Source of the DNA: Lingula anatina
Lineage: Eukaryota > Animalia > Brachiopoda
Assembly (NCBI GenBank): GCA_051362555.1
Contig: CM120647.1
Coordinates: 1,054,001 to 1,118,000 of the forward strand
Length of the DNA: 64,000 nt
Reading direction: 5' to 3'
Shown here piece by piece: positions 58,660 to 64,000 of this stretch. Position numbers and translations under genes: made by a program. Below the pieces are notes generated by a model. The model saw only the letters and a program-made list of their open reading frames with translations, did not search any database and was not told where the DNA came from. Each line of letters begins with the position of its first letter. Positions within the stretch are counted from its first letter, which is position 1.

Positions 58660-59400
58660 AACCTGTATTTGTTTGTCAAAGCGTAAGTGGTAAAATTAGA
58701 GCGGTAAAACTAGAAAGGGAACTTGTAATTTGTGGACTGAGCTCTAAGAACTTCTATAACATATTTATATACTAGTACTGTCGTCTCTGGCACACTAACC
58801 CCAAACTGCAGCATATTACTCATCATTCTACAACTGTTATACTGAAGCAGGCCCGTAGCCAGGGGAGGTTCGGGGGGTTCGAAAGAACCGCCCCTTTTGC
58901 TTGGAAAAGGTCCACTCTGGGTAAAATATGATCTAGGTACATGTAGCTTTTATGGGAAAAGGTCCACTTTTCCAGAAAAGGAAGCCCCCTTTTGAAATTG
59001 CTAGCTACGGGCCTGTGAAGTGAAGTAAAGGCATTGACTTCATTGCTGGCAATATTGGGTATTGTTTATTACTTGGTCAACTCATGGAGTCAGAGATAAA
59101 CTAAGTGAGAGTACTAGTACAGCAGTGTTGTCCTTAGTCTTGGTTACAGAGCCATTGAATTAAAACATTGAACAACTGAATCAGAAAGAAAACATCCTCC
59201 ACATACATTTGTTTGTCAAAGTGAAAGTGATAAATTTAGAGCGATAAAACTAGAAAGGGACCGTGTAATTTGTGGACTGAGCTCTAAGAACTTCTATAAT
59301 ATATCCCTGAACTGTCTAATTGTTACGCTGAAGTAGAGGCATTGACTCCATTGCGGGCAATTGGGTATTCTTTATTATTCTGAAAACTCACGGAGTCAGC
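58660..59400. repeat. Old local duplication (about 58660-59095 vs 59205-59400)
   Basis: Shared atttgtttgtcaaag...tgtggactgagctctaagaacttctataa and ggcattgact...ggagtcag blocks. Confidence 0.8.
58848..59015. mobile_element. hAT-like MITE; related partial copies at about 53253-53400 and 63877-64000
   Basis: caggcccgtagc ... gctacgggcctg termini; absent from the duplicated sister segment at about 59330. Confidence 0.75.
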
Positions 59401-62400
59401 TTACTCGTAGCATAATACAAAGCCACTCAGGGTAGTCGTCTTGAAGGGAGCTGAAGAAATGGTTATCTTAGTTGGCCATACTCTTAAAAACCTGTGTAAC
59501 GAAACTAAGGGTCCGCGTACCTGAAAGTCCGCCCTCCATTTAGTGAAAATGGTTAGGGTTAGCCTGGTGTAAGTGGGTCAAAATCTAGGGCAAGCCTTAT
59601 TACCTGTACAAATTAAGGGGAAACAGATTCTGTGTCATGGGGGGGGGGGGGGGGGGGGGGACTCTCTGTCACATTACATCGGAAAGTGGCTGTAAATTAG
59701 TGTTGATTTAGGCTCCAGAAAGGATGAGTGCCGGTAACTTGGCAAAGTGCCCATCATCAAATTTTAAAAATGATTTGCTATTATAAAGTTTATGCATATA
59801 TTTGTTGCGTGAAAAAATATTATTTGGCTTGAGACATCATTGCTTAGCATTTTTAATGAGTTATATATGTGTGGGTGGGGGTGGGGGTAGCCAGATTAAA
59901 CCGGCAGAATATTTGACGAGGTCATTTTGACATTAATATTTGATATTTCAAAATTACAAAAAAAAAAAAAAAAAAAAAAAAAAACTACTGTGGATCATAA
60001 AAGTGTAAGACCTGAATTTTTATTTGGTATCATTTTTTTTATTCATTCACAATTTATATTTCATGTACAAAGGTGGGCACTTTTACCCTCTTATTAGCAT
60101 TCATCCTTCGTGATTTACCTGAGGATATTGCATTTGCTAGCTCAGGGCGACTCTCTGCACTTAATATTACACCTGATAACTCACGATCAAGTAGTCATAG
60201 GGTTGTGATGAGTGAAATGTAGAACAGAATTTGTTTCAAATTTGTTTTGCTGGTAAGTGATAGTTTGAGCCGAAAATGAATTTCTTTCTCAGCTGATTAG
60301 AAAGGGGCGAGGCAAGCAGACAGTTTTCCTGCTGCTCGATTTTCTCAGGGGTAATCCTAGAGAGGGGTGAGAAACGTCCATTGTTCTCGTCAGTGAAGCT
60401 GGCCAAATTCAGGGTATGTACGCACAGACAGAAAACCATGTATTGTGGGAACGTTACTAATGAAGCCACTGGTAGTACTAGTAGATATCAGTGTGTAGTC
60501 TTGAACAAGCACCTCGTTGACGAGTGAACAGTTGTCAAAAACAAAAGACCCAGGTGTGGTAGATCGACTACTGTTCATGCGTGCCGCAAAGACCAAGCCT
60601 AATTTCCCCTCAAGGTCACAAACCAATATCCGGTATTGACGGTTAGGCTCGTCATAATCATTTTAGTAGCGCGTTTCCACCCCCTGATTTTCTTTTCTAC
60701 AACGCCCCACGCATGACGTTGTCAAGCCAAAACTGGACTTGTGTGACGGAAAAAAAGGTCTTACATGCAATGTACGCTTGAAGCCATTAAATAAATTTAG
60801 CATCTAAAAAAAAAAAAAAAAATTAATACGAACTGTCTAATATGGGTAGCTGTCCAAAACAGGTTCCGTGACATCAAAGGTTTATTTTACATGCATGTTT
60901 ACATGTAGCGTGACAGATGTCTGGTATAAAAGATTTTTAATATATTTGATTCTAAATTTGTAAAATGACGGTTCTGTATCCTCGATATCACGTTCGAAGC
61001 GCCTTTCGTAACCATCATTGTACGGAAAAAAAATAAACCACGGTTGTTTTAAGAAGAGATGACGTGTGACGTCATGGATGACGTCATAAGCAGTTTCGCC
61101 CCCAGACTAGACGGTGCAAAGATACTGACTGTCCAAGTAAAAAAAAAACGCAGGTCTTTCATTTGATTCACACAGGTATGGTTAGTGTTACGCAACTGGG
61201 TCGACAGACGAGTACGGGGCCTTATATCACGCGGATTATTCAACCTATATGGGGAAATGGGTTTGAATTCCGCTTATATTTTATGGAAAAGTCAGAGACA
61301 ATGTATTCAATCATAACAGAAAGAAATTTTTATGCGATGTCTGCTCAAAAACAAATTTTACGACATTCCTTGCAAGGACCCCCCTCCCCCCATTAAACCT
61401 TTCTTGTTTCCCCCTTTGCTGTGCTACAAAACTATGTTTTTCTTTATCAGAAGTCTTCTATTTGTTGCCAAATTGAGCGAAAGACCTTCACATTGTGCTT
61501 TAGGCAGAGAGTCATCTTCTACCGAGCAAGCAACCAACGTTGGCTGCATTTGACGCGCGTGCCTGCCCCCCCCCGTCTACCCACGGCACATTTTAATGGT
61601 CGTGTATAATTACATCTCGTTAAAGAAATGCAACGCAGCTGATGTTTAGAATAAACCCCCGGACGTCACGGCCTGAATGTGAGCTGGCTAACCATCTATT
61701 TTTTCTCATCCGCTTTTCAATAAGTCCTTTATCCGAGCGGCTGCCGCTAACACCTGAGGATAGATCTATTTTCCATTGTTAGGATTATTAGTCCCAATCT
61801 CCTGTGAATTTTCTGCATTATACAAGACAAATTTTAAACAGTTTGGTTGTTATTCTACTTTCTAAAGACACCCGCCTACCTACTAAATATAAAGGGAAAT
61901 TGAATATTTTTTCAACTAAACAACAATGATTGGGGGCGGATATTTTGCAAAGATTTGTGTCCTTGAAGATAAAAATGACACGCATGGCTAATTGAGAGGT
62001 ACATGTAGATCGTAACGAGAACAAGGAGAAGACCTTTTTTTCCATTGGTGTAAGTTCTCTAGAAGAGCCGTGCGGACAAAGCAAAAAAGGCTCTGATGTT
62101 CGTGCTTCAATAGATTGTTTTGCCTCGACACCCTGCTGTTAGACTGTCTGATGTCTCAATCTCAGTGATATTACTTACACAGGTATGATGCTTGTTTATC
62201 AGATAAAACAAGGTCTCATAATCAAAAATTACGAAATCACTATTACTGGGTACATGTACAAGTGACTGGTGACATTTAATATAATATTATTCATGTGCTT
62301 TATTCATATCAAAGTCTTGTTCCAAAATCTCCCAGATGATGCGATGAAGGTATGAAAATGAAAATTTAAAACGAGTTTTTTTTTCACAGCCGGGCCGTGT

Positions 62401-64000
62401 ATCAGAATGGTGCCTATAGTCAGTTTTGAAGCCTAGTAAAAAGCCCACAAGACAGTGTCTCAATTGATTCTATTAAGATTTCGTTTATGTTTTGTTAAAG
62501 AGAGGTGAAAGAAAGATGAAGATGCTCTGAAAGACACCAAAGTATTGGAGGTGAACAGTTTCAATATTTAACTGTTGATTGAAGAAAAAATTACTTTAAT
62601 CTTAGGTGAAAGAGATATTTTCCTGAATAGGCATTTTTTACAAGTTTTTAGAACAAACGGTCTGAGTCAGGAGTCGGTTTTCTCCGGCACTTCAAAATGA
62701 GCGAGAAATTGATACTTATCTCGAATGGTTTTTTAGATTGCGACAAACTTTTTTTCGCAACTTTGAAACTGGATAACCCTGTAATAAGAAGAACATGTGG
62801 GACACATAAGAATAAGATCGCATTTTTTTTAGATCCTATCTCTCATCTACGTGGCAATTAATAGCTAAAATGGTCTAGGTGCAATTATCTCTTTATAGCA
62901 GGCGTCATATTCGACCCGTAATACATTGCTGATTTATTGATTTATATGTACGGAATGACTTTAATTTCTTTATTACGCGTTACAGATGTAGGGTGAATAG
63001 ATGAGCCAAAATACAAGCGTTCCAAAGGTACTCAGTATGCACCTTTGGAACGCTACTCTGGAATTGTGCATATTTCTCAGGAAATACACTTTGTGTCTAG
63101 TTTTGCTTTCAATAGAACGACACAAAACATTAAGCATATACAATATAGACGTGTTAATTTAATTTTACATGTATTTTGTGGTTTGGAAAGTCATTTTTAC
63201 TAGTTAATACTTGGATGTGACTTACAATTTCTGCACTGGAAGTCATTTTTATCTTTGATCTCTCTCCCACCTCTCTCTCGAAACTTCCGTAAGCCCTATA
63301 TTTGAAGGAGATTATTCTTCTGTGTCAGGTGTCAGCTGTAATAAGACCCTGATTAAAACTTGTGCTATTTAAGTATACGTTGCCAATAAAGTAATCCTTA
63401 AATTACTGTTACTGATACAAAAGAGTCACGAAATATATGTTAAGTTTGTAGCTTTCGGCGGTTCTAAGAAGATTACCTTGAGATTTGTTTTAAGACACAG
63501 ATGTAAGATATATATTATAAGTAATGAATCTCAGCTTAAAGCAGGTAAAGTGGGTATACCTTGACAACTAATTACTAAATCACTGTTACCAAACACCAAC
63601 TATATATGAGGAAACTTCCAGTGACTATAAGAAGATTATCTTAAGATTTGTTTCAAAGACACAGATCTAAGATTTATATTAAAACATACCCTCCTCGATG
63701 GAGAACTTTGATGAACTATCAACTTGCAAACGGGGTAGGAATTGTTAGTGACATGTTTCAGTATGCGGGTGCCCTGGTTTAAAGGAGCTGATGAATGACA
63801 GAAACTCTCTCCACGGCAAGTATATTAAACGAACATATACTTCTAAGCTGACATAGAATACATTTCAGGCTCTTAAACAGAGGGGTTTTGGGTGGGGTGT
63901 CAAAAGAAACCCTCCCTTTTTGCCGGCAAAGGCTCCACTCTGGGAAAATTTTATCTAGGTACAAGAAGAATTCATGCTAAAAGGTCCACTTTTTTCAGAA

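Noticed and set aside
60236-60640. GC-richer stretch with overlapping 77-78 aa ORFs and splice-like sites
   Set aside because: The candidate plus-strand exon has stops in all three frames and no recognisable motif.

Overview
AT-rich eukaryotic genomic DNA, most consistent with an invertebrate animal (mollusc-like, inferred from repeat and gene style). Host genes: a class A peptide-receptor-type GPCR with a single coding exon (1476-2678, -) and a two-exon FASTK/RAP-domain protein (25263-26427 + 29040-29185, +). The ORF track misses the second FASTK exon, which completes the RAP domain. There is an initiator tRNA-Met (41300-41371, -) and a probable unannotated minus-strand gene built from short, related phase-1 micro-exons (about 34.4-41.0 kb). 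Mobile DNA dominates the rest. A very young Ty3/Gypsy LTR element (35050-40587; 572-bp LTRs identical by eye, TATG TSD) has an intact RT-RNaseH-IN frame but no gag or protease. There are also three decayed Tc1 elements, a pogo-like element, LINE fragments and many MITEs (Harbinger-, CACTA-, Kolobok/T2-, hAT- and TA-type). Most unusual signals: the gag/PR-less LTR element with a splice-like junction, the micro-exon gene it sits in, and hairpins at about 43 kb whose mismatches are repeatedly CGAG/CGAG tandem G-A pairs plus a GCA triloop, suggesting a strand-specific ssDNA fold. All calls were made by eye without database searches.
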